Below are positions 38,423-48,160 of a stretch of DNA of 64,000 bases, one piece after another. Position 1 is the stretch's first letter. Each line of letters starts with the position of its first letter. Source of the DNA: Candidatus Woesearchaeota archaeon (GTDB taxonomy: Archaea; Nanobdellota; Nanobdellia; Woesearchaeales; ARS49); contig JACQNC010000014.1 in assembly GCA_016203225.1 (NCBI GenBank), forward strand, positions 91,715 through 155,714, given 5' to 3'. The translations under genes were made by a program, and so were the position numbers. Under the pieces are notes generated by a model. It was not told the DNA's origin. It saw nothing but the letters and a program-made list of their open reading frames with translations, and searched no databases.

Positions 38423-39342
38423 ACCAAGACGATCCTCTGCAGCTCCTCTGACGTCCTGCATCGCGTCAACGCCAAGCGCAACGCGGCACCGCCGACAACG
38501 CCTTTGCTGAACATGATGGCATGGTTCTTGACGATGCCGAAGTCCAGCGCGTGTTCCTTCGCCAAGTCGAGGAACTCATCGAACAATGACAATCTGTCCC
38601 TCATCTCGTACGCACCTGTCTTCAGGTACTGATCGATCTGCGTGAAAAGGAACGGGTTCCCGACAGCGCCGCGGGCGAGCATTATTGCATCGACGCCGGA
38701 TTCATCAAGACGCCGCTTGAACGTCTCAGGCGTGAACACGTCGCCGTTGCCGATCACGGGGATGTCCACCGCGTCCTTCACGCGCTTGACGATATCCCAA
38801 TCCGCCCGGCCTGAGTAACCCTGCGCCTGTGTCCTTCCGTGCACGGCGATGGCGGCCGCGCCCGCGTCCTCGACTATCTTAGCCACCTCGACGGCGTTGA
38901 TAGTCTTCGCGTCTATCCCTGCCCTGATCTTGACCGTCACGGGCCTGCTGACGGAAGACGCGAGCTTGTTGACGAACGACGCTATCCTCTCAGGAGAACG
39001 CAGCATCTCGCTGCCCGCGCCGGTCTTGATGACCTTCCATGCAGGACAGCCGCAATTGATGTCGATGACATCGAACCGGTCCTCGAACATCCTCGCCGCA
39101 TCGACAACATCCTTGATCTCGTTGCCGAACAACTGCACGGCGACAGGAGTCTCGGACACGTCGGTATGCACCATGCGATGCGTATGCGCGTTGCCGCGCA
39201 CGAGCCCTGTGCCTGACACGAATTCCGTGCACGTGAGCCCCGCGCCGTAACGCTTGCACAACGCCCTGAAAGCGACATCGGTCACGCCGGCCATCGGGCT
39301 AAGGATGGCTGGACTCGAGAGTCTCGGGAACGCGGAAGTCAT
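38419..39342 (-). CDS. dus: tRNA-dihydrouridine synthase
   Basis: Dus family motifs (IDINCGCP, FMN-binding TIM barrel). Confidence 0.85.
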   Translation of the reverse strand: MTSAFPRLSSPAILSPMAGVTDVAFRALCKRYGAGLTCTEFVSGTGLVRGNAHTHRMVHTDVSETPVAVQLFGNEIKDVVDAARMFEDRFDVIDINCGCPAWKVIKTGAGSEMLRSPERIASFVNKLASSVSRPVTVKIRAGIDAKTINAVEVAKIVEDAGAAAIAVHGRTQAQGYSGRADWDIVKRVKDAVDIPVIGNGDVFTPETFKRRLDESGVDAIMLARGAVGNPFLFTQIDQYLKTGAYEMRDRLSLFDEFLDLAKEHALDFGIVKNHAIMFSKGVVGGAALRLALTRCRTSEELQRIVLV

Positions 39343-39374
39343 GAGGTGTCTTTGAGAAACGGGCTATTTATTGT

Positions 39375-39683
39375 TTACGCGCCCGGATCCTGATGCGGGG
39401 GCGGTGCCCGCGGTCTGTAGCGCTCGAACACGAGCTTGACTGTCTCGTAGTCGTTCGCAGGGCAGGTCCAGCGAGCAGCATTCATGTCTATGTTCATGTC
39501 TGCCATGGGCACGTTGAGGTCGCTCAGCGTCCTGCGCACGCGTGCATAGATTGTGTTCCACGAATCACCGATCTTGAGCTTGTGCGTGAACGAGGGCAGA
39601 CAGGGACTGTTCTCCTGATGCAGGAGAACGTGCGTCTTTTCGGCCTGCAATAATTCCACCAGCGTTACCTTCCCCATATGCAT
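39375..39683 (-). CDS. Hypothetical protein
   Basis: ORF only. Confidence 0.3.
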   Translation of the reverse strand: MHMGKVTLVELLQAEKTHVLLHQENSPCLPSFTHKLKIGDSWNTIYARVRRTLSDLNVPMADMNIDMNAARWTCPANDYETVKLVFERYRPRAPPPHQDPGA

Positions 39684-39741
39684 CTTTCTATCGGTTCCCT
39701 ATTTAAGATTTTCCTACGTATTAACTAATGAGTGATAAAAA

Positions 39742-40545
39742 ATGACAACATTCTTAAACCATCCTGGTGCCTTCTCCACCATGTCATTAGAATCATACGC
39801 GCGCGAATCGCCGCTGCCGCGGTCCCTGTCAGAGGGACAGCTCAAGGCAGGCATAGACAAGTGCAGAGCGGCGCTCGGAGACATAGAGCGAGCGCCATTG
39901 CGCATCCAGCACGGTCTCCTGGAAGAGAATGGCCTGGCACTGAATCGTCAATGCAAGTTCAACCCGACAGCCGCGATAGCGTACAGCATCATGACAGGCT
40001 ACCACGCAGAGCTGGTAGAGTTCAACTGGAAAGAGTTCGAGAGCCTCGAGGGCCAGCACGCGGACACTAAGCTATTCGACCTTCACTATTTCGCGGGAAG
40101 CAACGACGTAAAGCGATGCGAACTCCACAAGTTCAAGCCAGAGGGGTTCCACGCAAAAGCTACGCACCACTTCCAGACGTCATACGGCCTATGGGCAGTG
40201 ATAGGGGCGGCGCACCAACACATCGCGTACCGGCACGCGCGCTTCGCGCACGTATGCCAGGTGCTGCAGCAGCTCACGGGCCAGCAGTTGATTGCGAACG
40301 TCCACATGCATGTCCAAGCCGCGCGCGATCTGCTCACGCCGGATCATTCCGACCTCGGACAGGTCCTCAACACTATCGAGGAGATGAGCGAATGGCTCTC
40401 GCGCCAGCCCGGACTGCAGCAGGACGCAGCCACAATCATCTCCTACGCAGACCCCTGGCTGGAATGGATCCAGAACAGATGCGATTATGACAAGCACATG
40501 TCGATCATCGGACGCATCCATGACCAGGCCGCGAAAAAGTTATAA
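39742..40545 (+). CDS. Hypothetical protein
   Basis: 267-aa ORF with His-rich segments. Confidence 0.45.
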   Translation: MTTFLNHPGAFSTMSLESYARESPLPRSLSEGQLKAGIDKCRAALGDIERAPLRIQHGLLEENGLALNRQCKFNPTAAIAYSIMTGYHAELVEFNWKEFESLEGQHADTKLFDLHYFAGSNDVKRCELHKFKPEGFHAKATHHFQTSYGLWAVIGAAHQHIAYRHARFAHVCQVLQQLTGQQLIANVHMHVQAARDLLTPDHSDLGQVLNTIEEMSEWLSRQPGLQQDAATIISYADPWLEWIQNRCDYDKHMSIIGRIHDQAAKKL

Positions 40546-40568
40546 ACGCGCAACGCAGTTCTTACGAC

Positions 40569-41024
40569 GTGGTCCTCGACACGATCATGATATGGCTCTC
40601 GCAATGGGGCCCCGTAATCCCTGCGCTGTGCGTGCTGTTGACGCGCGACAAGAAGGTGATTCTTCGGGCGACCATCGCGTTCGCACTCACGTATGGGCTT
40701 TCCGAGGCGCTCAAGCTCGCCACACTGAGGCCGCGGCCCTATGCTGTCGGAGACGCGACGCTCATCGGCAAAGAACCTCTGGACCAATGGAGCTTCCCAA
40801 GCAAGCACGCCTCGACCACGTTCAGCCTGGCGGCATCTACGATCATGCACCGGCGCGTGCTCGGCAGCGTCGCGCTCGCGTTCTCGGCGCTCATCGCGTA
40901 CTCAAGAGTGTATCTCGGCGTGCACTACTGGACAGACGTCCTGGCAGGAGCGTTTCTCGGCGTGCTCGTGGCCGTGTTGGTCGACCACGCGTTCGTCCTG
41001 GTTGAGCGCAGACGCCATCAATAG
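40569..41024 (+). CDS. PAP2-family phosphatase
   Basis: KLATLRPRP, SFPSKH, SRVYLGVHYWTD. Confidence 0.8.
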   Translation: MVLDTIMIWLSQWGPVIPALCVLLTRDKKVILRATIAFALTYGLSEALKLATLRPRPYAVGDATLIGKEPLDQWSFPSKHASTTFSLAASTIMHRRVLGSVALAFSALIAYSRVYLGVHYWTDVLAGAFLGVLVAVLVDHAFVLVERRRHQ

Positions 41025-41029
41025 TAATC

Positions 41030-41037
41030 TTTATAAA
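41030..41037 (+). promoter_or_regulatory. TATA box TTTATAAA for rpl10e
   Basis: 24-nt spacing to the ATG at 41061. Confidence 0.5.
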
Positions 41038-41060
41038 CCCATATCGGGGGTCATCAATCC

Positions 41061-41603
41061 ATGGCCCGAATCCGTAAGTTCGTCGCGTACCGGCACCTGA
41101 AGCGTGCCTACACGCGATTCTCCAAGTACAAGGTGAAGAACTTCGTCCGCGCAAGACCTGTCTGCAAGGTAGTGCGTTTCGACATGGGCGAGCAACGGAA
41201 GGACTATGATCTCCTGCTCCAACTCATCCCGATGACCGAGGAGGGCTTCCAGATCCGCGACAACGCGATCGAGAGCGCGCGACAAGGCGCCAACAGGGTC
41301 CTCGAAGGCGCGCTCGGCAAGAACGGCTACTTCCTGCGCACAAAAATCTACCCGCACCACATCCTTAGAGAGAACCCGCTCGCTGCAGGAGCAGGCGCCG
41401 ACCGTATGAGCACCGGAATGGCGCACAACTACGGAAAGCCGATGGGCATCGCCGCCCAGGTAAAACGCCACCAACCCATCTTCGAGTGCTGGATCAACAA
41501 GCCCAACATCGAGCTGGCGAAGAAAGCCCTGAAGCGCGCGTCATACAAGATCCCGAACCATTACACAATCACCATCAAGGACCTGAAAAATTCGAAACAG
41601 TAG
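41061..41603 (+). CDS. rpl10e: 50S ribosomal protein L10e (uL16)
   Basis: MARIRKF...YRH N-terminus. TATA 41030-41037 lies 24 nt upstream. Confidence 0.9.
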   Translation: MARIRKFVAYRHLKRAYTRFSKYKVKNFVRARPVCKVVRFDMGEQRKDYDLLLQLIPMTEEGFQIRDNAIESARQGANRVLEGALGKNGYFLRTKIYPHHILRENPLAAGAGADRMSTGMAHNYGKPMGIAAQVKRHQPIFECWINKPNIELAKKALKRASYKIPNHYTITIKDLKNSKQ

Positions 41604-41611
41604 TGCGTTTA

Positions 41612-41932
41612 ATGGCACTCGAGATAGATATCGTCGAACTCTTCGAGAAACACGGTTTGCGCGTCGTACAGATCGAGGCCAACACTCCGCTGAGTATTTG
41701 TCGACAGCTGCCGCCTGTGCGACAGCTCGCGCCTGATAGGAGCTATGCTGTCGTGAACGCCAACTCGCCATCACCCAGGATTCCGCTTGCGCGGGTAGGT
41801 GATGATCAGTATCTCCTGCTGGTCTATTTTTCGATGACTGCTGGCGGCATAATGCTGGACTTTCCTCGGATGAGCAACGCCATTCCGCTAAAAGAATTCT
41901 ATGATATTGTCGCGCGCATGGAACTGCGCTAA
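41612..41932 (+). CDS. Hypothetical protein
   Basis: ORF downstream of rpl10e. Confidence 0.3.
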   Translation: MALEIDIVELFEKHGLRVVQIEANTPLSICRQLPPVRQLAPDRSYAVVNANSPSPRIPLARVGDDQYLLLVYFSMTAGGIMLDFPRMSNAIPLKEFYDIVARMELR

Positions 41933-43371
41933 TACGCCTTCGCGAAATACGTCATGCTCGTCGCGGGCTTGCCGCACTGCACGCAAACCCCTGAAGCTTT
42001 CTTGTCGAACGGGATGCAGCGTGATGTCGCGCCTTCTGTCTTCTCCTTGATGTGGTCCTCGCACGTCGCGCTGCCGCAGAACGGCGCCAAAACCATCTTG
42101 CGTTCCTTGATGTGCTTGATCAGGTCGTCCATTGACGAGGCCTCGACGCGATTGCCGTCGAGGAACCTCTTTGCAGTATCGTACAAGTTCTGGTGTATCT
42201 CGTCAAGCAAAGTCTTGACGCGGTCCTTCGCGTTCAACAGGCTGGCTGTCTCTTTCGTGCCTTTGTCGCGGCGTGCGAGCACGCACTGCTTGTGCTGCAG
42301 ATCCTTCGGACCGATCTCGATCCTGACAGGCACGCCTTGGAGCTCCCATTGGTTGAACTTCCAGCCCGGACTGTATTCCTCGCGGTCATCGAGATGCGCG
42401 CGGATGTGGTGCGCTTCAAGCTCCGTCTTCAGGTGCTTCGCTTCCTGCAAGACAGCATCCTTCGAATCGGTGAACAGGATAGGGACGATCACCGCTTGCA
42501 CAGGCGCGACTCGAGGCGGCATCACCATTCCCTTGTCGTCGGCATGCAACATCACGGCGGCGCCGATCAAACGCGTAGAGATTCCCCACGAGTTGTACCA
42601 CGGCACGTGCTCCTGCTCATCATTGCCGATGAACTTCACATTGAAAGCTTCCATGAACCCCTGCCCCAGGTTGTGCGATGTGCCAAGCTGCAACGCGCGG
42701 CCGTCAGGCATCAAACCCTCGAAAGTGAACGTCTTTTTCGCGCCTGCGAACTTCTCCTTCTCGGTCTTCTGGCCGGGGATCGAGGGGATGGCGAGCAAGT
42801 CCTTCGCCAATTTGACGTATTCGTCCAGCACGAGCAGCACGTCCTTCTCGCACTCATCCTCTGTCGCGTAGATGCAGTGGCCTTCCTGCCACAAGAACTC
42901 GCGCGTGCGAAGGAACAACCGCGTCTGGTTGGTCTCCCAGCGCACCACATTTGCCCACTGGTTGATCTTCAACGGCAGGTCCCGCCATGAACGCGTCCAC
43001 TTCGCGAAACTGTCCGCGATTATGGTCTCGCTCGTCGGCCGCACTGCGACGCGTTCCTCGTCACTGGACTTGTTCGCGATCCACGCGACTTCGGGCGAGA
43101 AACCCTCGGCGTGCTTCGCCTCGCGCTTGAAGAAAGACTCGGGAACGAAGAGAGGAAAGTACGCATTCTTGACGCCGATGCGGTGCATGACTGGATTGAA
43201 GTATTCCTGCACTTTCTGCCAAATAGCATACGCGTTCGGCCGGATGATCATGCAGCCCTTGACAGGCGAATAGTCCGCCAATTCCGCTTTCTGGATCACC
43301 TCAGGATACCACTCGGCGAAGTCGGACTTCTTCACCGTGATTCCCAACGTCTGCTCCACCTTCTTTGGCAT
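41929..43371 (-). CDS. proS: Prolyl-tRNA synthetase (archaeal/eukaryal type)
   Basis: Class II motifs and C-terminal zinc domain. Start placed at the Met 23-30 nt downstream of the palindromic TATA 43394-43401. Confidence 0.9.
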   Translation of the reverse strand: MPKKVEQTLGITVKKSDFAEWYPEVIQKAELADYSPVKGCMIIRPNAYAIWQKVQEYFNPVMHRIGVKNAYFPLFVPESFFKREAKHAEGFSPEVAWIANKSSDEERVAVRPTSETIIADSFAKWTRSWRDLPLKINQWANVVRWETNQTRLFLRTREFLWQEGHCIYATEDECEKDVLLVLDEYVKLAKDLLAIPSIPGQKTEKEKFAGAKKTFTFEGLMPDGRALQLGTSHNLGQGFMEAFNVKFIGNDEQEHVPWYNSWGISTRLIGAAVMLHADDKGMVMPPRVAPVQAVIVPILFTDSKDAVLQEAKHLKTELEAHHIRAHLDDREEYSPGWKFNQWELQGVPVRIEIGPKDLQHKQCVLARRDKGTKETASLLNAKDRVKTLLDEIHQNLYDTAKRFLDGNRVEASSMDDLIKHIKERKMVLAPFCGSATCEDHIKEKTEGATSRCIPFDKKASGVCVQCGKPATSMTYFAKAY

Positions 43372-43393
43372 GACCGATTTTCCGGCCAGCACA

Positions 43394-43401
43394 TTTATAA
43401 A
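43394..43401. promoter_or_regulatory. Palindromic TATA box TTTATAAA shared bidirectionally by proS (-) and the 43431 (+) gene
   Basis: Both start codons lie 23-30 nt from the box. Confidence 0.5.
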
Positions 43402-43430
43402 TGTTTGTGCAGCTCAACGAAGAGGGGCAT

Positions 43431-43982
43431 ATGGACGTTCGAGAATCAAATGACGGTTTAGCAACAGTCTTCACCTATGAGCGATTCCGCGCCTATGCCG
43501 TGTTCGGCAGGCTTCAGCGCAAACTCGAAGACGTCACCATGCGGGATTTCGAGCGCGGACAGGTGCAACGTCAAGGCGCTCGTGATTTCATTGCAGGATT
43601 CCACTGCCAGGATCCGCTCGAGCTCACCGTCGTCCGCATGTCCAATGCGGAGGCATCGATTGTGGGTTGTGCGCTTGTGCATGAGAAACTCCAGCAGGCG
43701 GTCCGACGCTTCATCGATGAGAACGGATTCGTCAGCCAGCCTCCTCAACAGCCATTCATCCATCAGACAAGAACGGCAATCACCCTGGTCGAGACGACAA
43801 ACTATCGCAACTGCTCGTGGATCGGAGCGATGCTACAGGTGACCCCTGACCAAGCATGGGGTGCGGCACGGTATTCCAATTTCCGCATGATGTATCTCGG
43901 CGAACGCCAGCAGGACGCGATCCTTGTCGCGGCGAAACGCTTCGGCCTGCCGCTCGGCATGCTCGCCAACATGTTCTCCTGA
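43431..43982 (+). CDS. Hypothetical protein
   Basis: Shares the bidirectional TATA with proS. Confidence 0.4.
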   Translation: MDVRESNDGLATVFTYERFRAYAVFGRLQRKLEDVTMRDFERGQVQRQGARDFIAGFHCQDPLELTVVRMSNAEASIVGCALVHEKLQQAVRRFIDENGFVSQPPQQPFIHQTRTAITLVETTNYRNCSWIGAMLQVTPDQAWGAARYSNFRMMYLGERQQDAILVAAKRFGLPLGMLANMFS

Positions 43983-44019
43983 CACATAGATGTCACTCGG
44001 TTTTTAAAGGACAAAGCGC

Positions 44020-44844
44020 TTGTGCATCGCAGTGAGTTCCTTCATCAGACAAGTGGCCTACACCGCGACGGTACTCGCGTCCCTGTTACTTCCCGGATGC
44101 ATCTCCCCAGGAAAGGTCACGGAGGAGACCGCGAGCTACGTCTCCTATCGCTCACGGCACGAGCTCGAATCATTGCTGAGGGAAGGACTCCAGCATCCCG
44201 AGAATCAGCGCACGTTCCGCGCGCTCCGCACCGCGATGGTTGCAGATGGTACAGAGCGCGGAGGATTCTTCGCGGACAGCAGGTACGTCCAGTTCTTCTC
44301 AGTCAAGAACGAGCTCGAGAACGCCAACGCGCACCTAGACGCCGCACGCAAAGGCGATATCGCCGCATGCTGCGCGCTAGAGAACCACATAAGACTCGCT
44401 AGTTACGTGCGCACAAAGAACCAAGGCTGCCTCGTGCCGCTCACACACCTGTATCCCGTCCTCTACCAGGCCCGCAGCGGCGCGATGGCCGACGCGCCCT
44501 GGAGGATGTTCACCGAACAGTTCAATGTTGAAGTCAAGCCGTGGATGTACTGCATGGATGGCGCGGATTTCGCCGCGAAGCAGCGCCAGGCAGGAGGCCC
44601 GCTCATCGCGCACGTGCACTACCACGCCGGTAGGTGCACGTCCACGCGCGACGGGCGCGACACGCCAAACCAAGCTTCGCGCATCGATGAGGAGCTCGGT
44701 CTTGATCGGCCCGAACTAGTGATGGTTCCGCACGAAGATAAATTGGAGGCGTGGCTCACGTGGAAAAGCGTCGAGACCTTCGTCGGCAGCATCCCGATGG
44801 GAGAATCTTCTGTTTTAGTTGGACCGGCTCTGTTGGAGAAATAA
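44020..44844 (+). CDS. Hypothetical lipoprotein
   Basis: LLPGC lipobox. Confidence 0.4.
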   Translation: MCIAVSSFIRQVAYTATVLASLLLPGCISPGKVTEETASYVSYRSRHELESLLREGLQHPENQRTFRALRTAMVADGTERGGFFADSRYVQFFSVKNELENANAHLDAARKGDIAACCALENHIRLASYVRTKNQGCLVPLTHLYPVLYQARSGAMADAPWRMFTEQFNVEVKPWMYCMDGADFAAKQRQAGGPLIAHVHYHAGRCTSTRDGRDTPNQASRIDEELGLDRPELVMVPHEDKLEAWLTWKSVETFVGSIPMGESSVLVGPALLEK

Positions 44845-45037
44845 AGACCAAAGCTTTTAAATCCGCATTCTTAAACGAATCAAAAGTACTTCAAGGGCCT
44901 GTAGCATACGAGCCGTGCCTCCGAATCTCGGCTGTCGCTGCAGTCCCATTCGCTACGCTCTTGGGCCTGTAGCATAACTTGGATAGTGCGGTGGGCTTCG
45001 GACCCATTGATCGGGGTTCAAATCCTCGCAGGCCCGC

Positions 45038-45328
45038 TTATTCTTCCTCATCAGAAAACGGTTCCCGGCACTTGATCGGGTTCGCGACGACGGTCTGTCG
45101 GACGTAGCCTCGCACGTACTCACCGAATTCATTCCTTGCTGCGTCGTCAGTCCTGCTCTTGAGTTTATCGATAACAGACATAGTCCCGTCAGGATTCGCG
45201 ATGCAAACGTGATAACCCAGATCATCCTTGCGCAACTCGAAATGTGTCGGTTCATCGAGTGCCACTTCGAGTTTGTCCACCAAGGTCATGCAGGTCGAAA
45301 CCGTGCGTGGTGCGATGATTTCATCCAT
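45038..45328 (-). CDS. Hypothetical protein
   Basis: ORF only. Confidence 0.3.
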   Translation of the reverse strand: MDEIIAPRTVSTCMTLVDKLEVALDEPTHFELRKDDLGYHVCIANPDGTMSVIDKLKSRTDDAARNEFGEYVRGYVRQTVVANPIKCREPFSDEEE

Positions 45329-45370
45329 ATCGCACTAGATCGTAAATGAATATATTAGGCTATCGAAGAA

Positions 45371-45568
45371 CTAGGACTCTTCGCGGCGCTTCATCAGCCG
45401 CGTGACGTAGCCCGCGACAGTGTTGCGGATCTTCTTGCTCGCGACGCCGCCCATGTGCTGTTCGACCAGGACCTTGTTCTCATCGAATGATTCCTTCATC
45501 ACGCTCTTGTGGTCGCGCAGCAGCTGGAAACTGAGGCGTTTGATCATTTGTGTCTTGATGCGTCCCAT
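45371..45568 (-). CDS. rps17e: 30S ribosomal protein S17e
   Basis: MGRIKTQMIKR...YVTRLMKR. Confidence 0.85.
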   Translation of the reverse strand: MGRIKTQMIKRLSFQLLRDHKSVMKESFDENKVLVEQHMGGVASKKIRNTVAGYVTRLMKRREES

Positions 45569-45723
45569 AAATCACTATCGACGGAAGAGAAGCATTTTGC
45601 AGTCGGGAAGGTATATAAATGTTTGCACGAACTATTCTTTCTGAACTATATTTTCTTGTTCTATATGCTTTGTGAAGGAAAAGTTTAAGAATCCATGCAC
45701 GCACATCCTTTCGAGGTGATTTT

Positions 45724-46176
45724 GTGGAAAACACGAAGCTCAGGTGGGGCTCTACATTGATGATGATCGCGGGCCTCTCCTTCATCGGGTATGCGGCACT
45801 ATTCTTTTTCAGGAACTTCACCGATCAGTTCCTTGAACTCGGCATCAGCGCGGCACAGGTGAATGTCGGAAGGGCAGAAATCACCGCATTTAGCCCATCG
45901 CTGTTCAACTATATCAGTCATCTGCACGTCGCAGTTTCTGGGTTCATCGCAGCAACAGGACTTGCGGTTGTTGGACTCGCGTGGCATGGCGTGCGCAAAG
46001 GCATGCGTTGGGCTTGGGGGTATGCGGTCGCAGCACCGGTGCTCGGCCTCGCGGTCGCGTTGCCGCTGCATTATGTCTATGGGATCGCAACGATTGGCCA
46101 CCTGGGCTTGATTTATCTTGCGACAGCGATCTTTGTCATAGGCGCGATCGTGGCATTACTCGGGCTTAAAGAATAG
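45724..46176 (+). CDS. Membrane protein
   Basis: Four predicted TM helices. Confidence 0.4.
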   Translation: MENTKLRWGSTLMMIAGLSFIGYAALFFFRNFTDQFLELGISAAQVNVGRAEITAFSPSLFNYISHLHVAVSGFIAATGLAVVGLAWHGVRKGMRWAWGYAVAAPVLGLAVALPLHYVYGIATIGHLGLIYLATAIFVIGAIVALLGLKE

Positions 46177-46245
46177 GGATGAATAGGGATTTTTTGTTTT
46201 CATTTACAAATCTTTTTAAATGGTCAGGCATCTGTTTCTGTTCAC

Positions 46246-46317
46246 GGGCCCGTGGTCTAGCGGTATGACGTCTCGTTGACGTCGAGAAGGTCGCCAGTTC
46301 GAATCTGGCCGGGCCCA
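46246..46317 (+). tRNA. tRNA-Val (anticodon GAC)
   Basis: 7-bp acceptor GGGCCCG/CGGGCCC, anticodon stem TCTCG/CGAGA with loop TTGACGT, T-arm GCCAG-TTCGAAT-CTGGC, discriminator A. TATA-like TCTTTTTAAATGG about 30 nt upstream. Confidence 0.85.
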
Positions 46318-46373
46318 CTCTTTTTTCCTCAGAATGCACAAAACATAAAAACAGGAAGTTACTTTTAAACGTC

Positions 46374-46952
46374 ATGAAAATTTGGTGGGTGATAGGATTC
46401 AGCGTCTTCCTTGCAGCATGTTCGACCGGTGCGCAGACCACAGACCCGTACGCGTCACTCGGCGACGGCGTGCCCGTGGAGGGAGAGACTGGCGCCATAG
46501 CTTCTTACGCCGCAGAAGTCGGCTCGCAGAAAGGCGAGCAGGCTCCCGATTTCACCATCAATACCGTAGACGGCAAGGACGTCACGCTCTCGCGGCTGCT
46601 GCTCGACAAGCCTGTCCTGGTCTATTTCTGGACGACGTGGTGCCCGGCGTGCCAACACGACCTCGGTGTCATGAAAGAAATCTATCCCGCATACAAAGAC
46701 GATTTCGAGATCATCGCGATCAACATGGACCTTGACGAGGACGAGAACGTCATCAGGAACTACTTGCGAGAGAAACCTAACCCTGGTATCCAGTTCGCGG
46801 CAGGCACGGAAGCCATCCTGCGCGATTATGACGTCATCTACACGAGCACGAAAGTGCCTGTCGGGAAAAACGGAGTCATCCTCTGGCGCGGCTCGGGCGA
46901 GATGGAACGCGACCTGATGGTGACCCTGTTCGAAGGCTTGAAGAACTCATAA
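46374..46952 (+). CDS. TlpA/redoxin-like thioredoxin-fold lipoprotein
   Basis: Lipobox LAAC. WTTWCPACQ. Confidence 0.75.
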   Translation: MKIWWVIGFSVFLAACSTGAQTTDPYASLGDGVPVEGETGAIASYAAEVGSQKGEQAPDFTINTVDGKDVTLSRLLLDKPVLVYFWTTWCPACQHDLGVMKEIYPAYKDDFEIIAINMDLDEDENVIRNYLREKPNPGIQFAAGTEAILRDYDVIYTSTKVPVGKNGVILWRGSGEMERDLMVTLFEGLKNS

Positions 46953-47000
46953 TAGCCGCAAAAGCAACCTTTAAATAGGCCACGGCTTTAAATCCCCCAG

Positions 47001-48089
47001 ATGGTCTTGAAAAAAGAGGAGTATTTCAAGTACTTTTTCCTGGCGTTGTTCGCCCTAATCGCATTCCTAAGCTTCCAGATCGCGAAGCCGTTCCTGGGCG
47101 CGATCCTTTCAAGCTTCGTCCTCGCGTACACGTTCCACCCGGTGTACCGTTGGTTGGTGAAGTATCTCAAGAGCCCGACAATCTCTGCGCTGCTCATCAG
47201 TCTCGTGCTCATCGCGACACTCATACTGCCGATATTCTTCGTGGCAGACAACATAGTCACCGACGCGCGAGTGGGGTACGTCCTACTCAAGCAGAAACTC
47301 GCAACTGGCAACATCTTCGGCGTCGCTTGCCCCGAAGACGCGACATCGTTCGCGTGCAGGATGACCGGTCCGATCAAGAACTTCCTCGCTGACCCCCAGA
47401 CCAACGCCTACCTGCAGGAGGCCATCAGCAACGGAACAGCATTCCTGTTAACAGAGATATCTGGATTCCTGTTGAGTCTCCCGAAGATATTACTGAAGCT
47501 CGCAGTCACGTTCTTCATCATGTTCTACCTGTTCATAGACGGAGAGACACTTGTACAGCGCGGTCGACGGCTCATCCCGCTCACCGAGAAACACCAGCAG
47601 CACATCCTGCAGAAGCTGCAGGACGTCACGTTCGCGGTCGTCTATGGCAGTCTCATAGTCGCGCTCATCCAAGGCGCACTAGGTGGCCTAGGATTCTGGC
47701 TCTTCGGCATCGGAAGCCCGTTGCTCTGGGGAAGCGTGATGGCGGTCTTCGCGCTGGTGCCTTTTGTCGGCACGGCAGCGGTATGGCTGCCCGCGAGCAT
47801 CTTCCTAATGGTGGTTGGCGCTTCTGACGGCGACCCTAACATAGTCTGGAACGGAATCGGGCTGCTCCTATGGGGCGCGCTGCTCGTCAGCACCATCGAC
47901 AACTTCCTCAAGCCGAAGATCATCGGCGAACGCGCAGGCGTCCACCCTGCCATGGTGTTGGTCGGAGCGTTGGGCGGACTCGCGCTGATAGGCTTCATCG
48001 GGTTCGTAGTGGGTCCTTTGATCCTCGGACTGCTAAAGACCTTCATCGACATCTACGAACGCGAAGAGCTCAAAAGGAACGGACGATGA
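47001..48089 (+). CDS. AI-2E family transporter (PerM/UPF0118)
   Basis: Characteristic C-terminal TM core (GGLGFWLFGIGSPLLWG...VPFVG). Confidence 0.85.
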   Translation: MVLKKEEYFKYFFLALFALIAFLSFQIAKPFLGAILSSFVLAYTFHPVYRWLVKYLKSPTISALLISLVLIATLILPIFFVADNIVTDARVGYVLLKQKLATGNIFGVACPEDATSFACRMTGPIKNFLADPQTNAYLQEAISNGTAFLLTEISGFLLSLPKILLKLAVTFFIMFYLFIDGETLVQRGRRLIPLTEKHQQHILQKLQDVTFAVVYGSLIVALIQGALGGLGFWLFGIGSPLLWGSVMAVFALVPFVGTAAVWLPASIFLMVVGASDGDPNIVWNGIGLLLWGALLVSTIDNFLKPKIIGERAGVHPAMVLVGALGGLALIGFIGFVVGPLILGLLKTFIDIYEREELKRNGR

Positions 48090-48160
48090 GGCTCCCATTC
48101 AAAGACAATGCCCAAGTAGTGCTTGTGCAAGCCTTTGATAGGGAACCGAGCACACAATGA
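48086..48160 (+). CDS. Putative 24-aa leader/coupling ORF (MRLPFKDNAQVVLVQAFDREPSTQ)
   Basis: ATGA overlap with the AI-2E stop (48086-48089). Its TGA overlaps the AMP phosphorylase ATG (48157-48160). Its first 7 codons echo the AMP phosphorylase start MRLPVKD. Confidence 0.35.
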   Translation: MRLPFKDNAQVVLVQAFDREPSTQ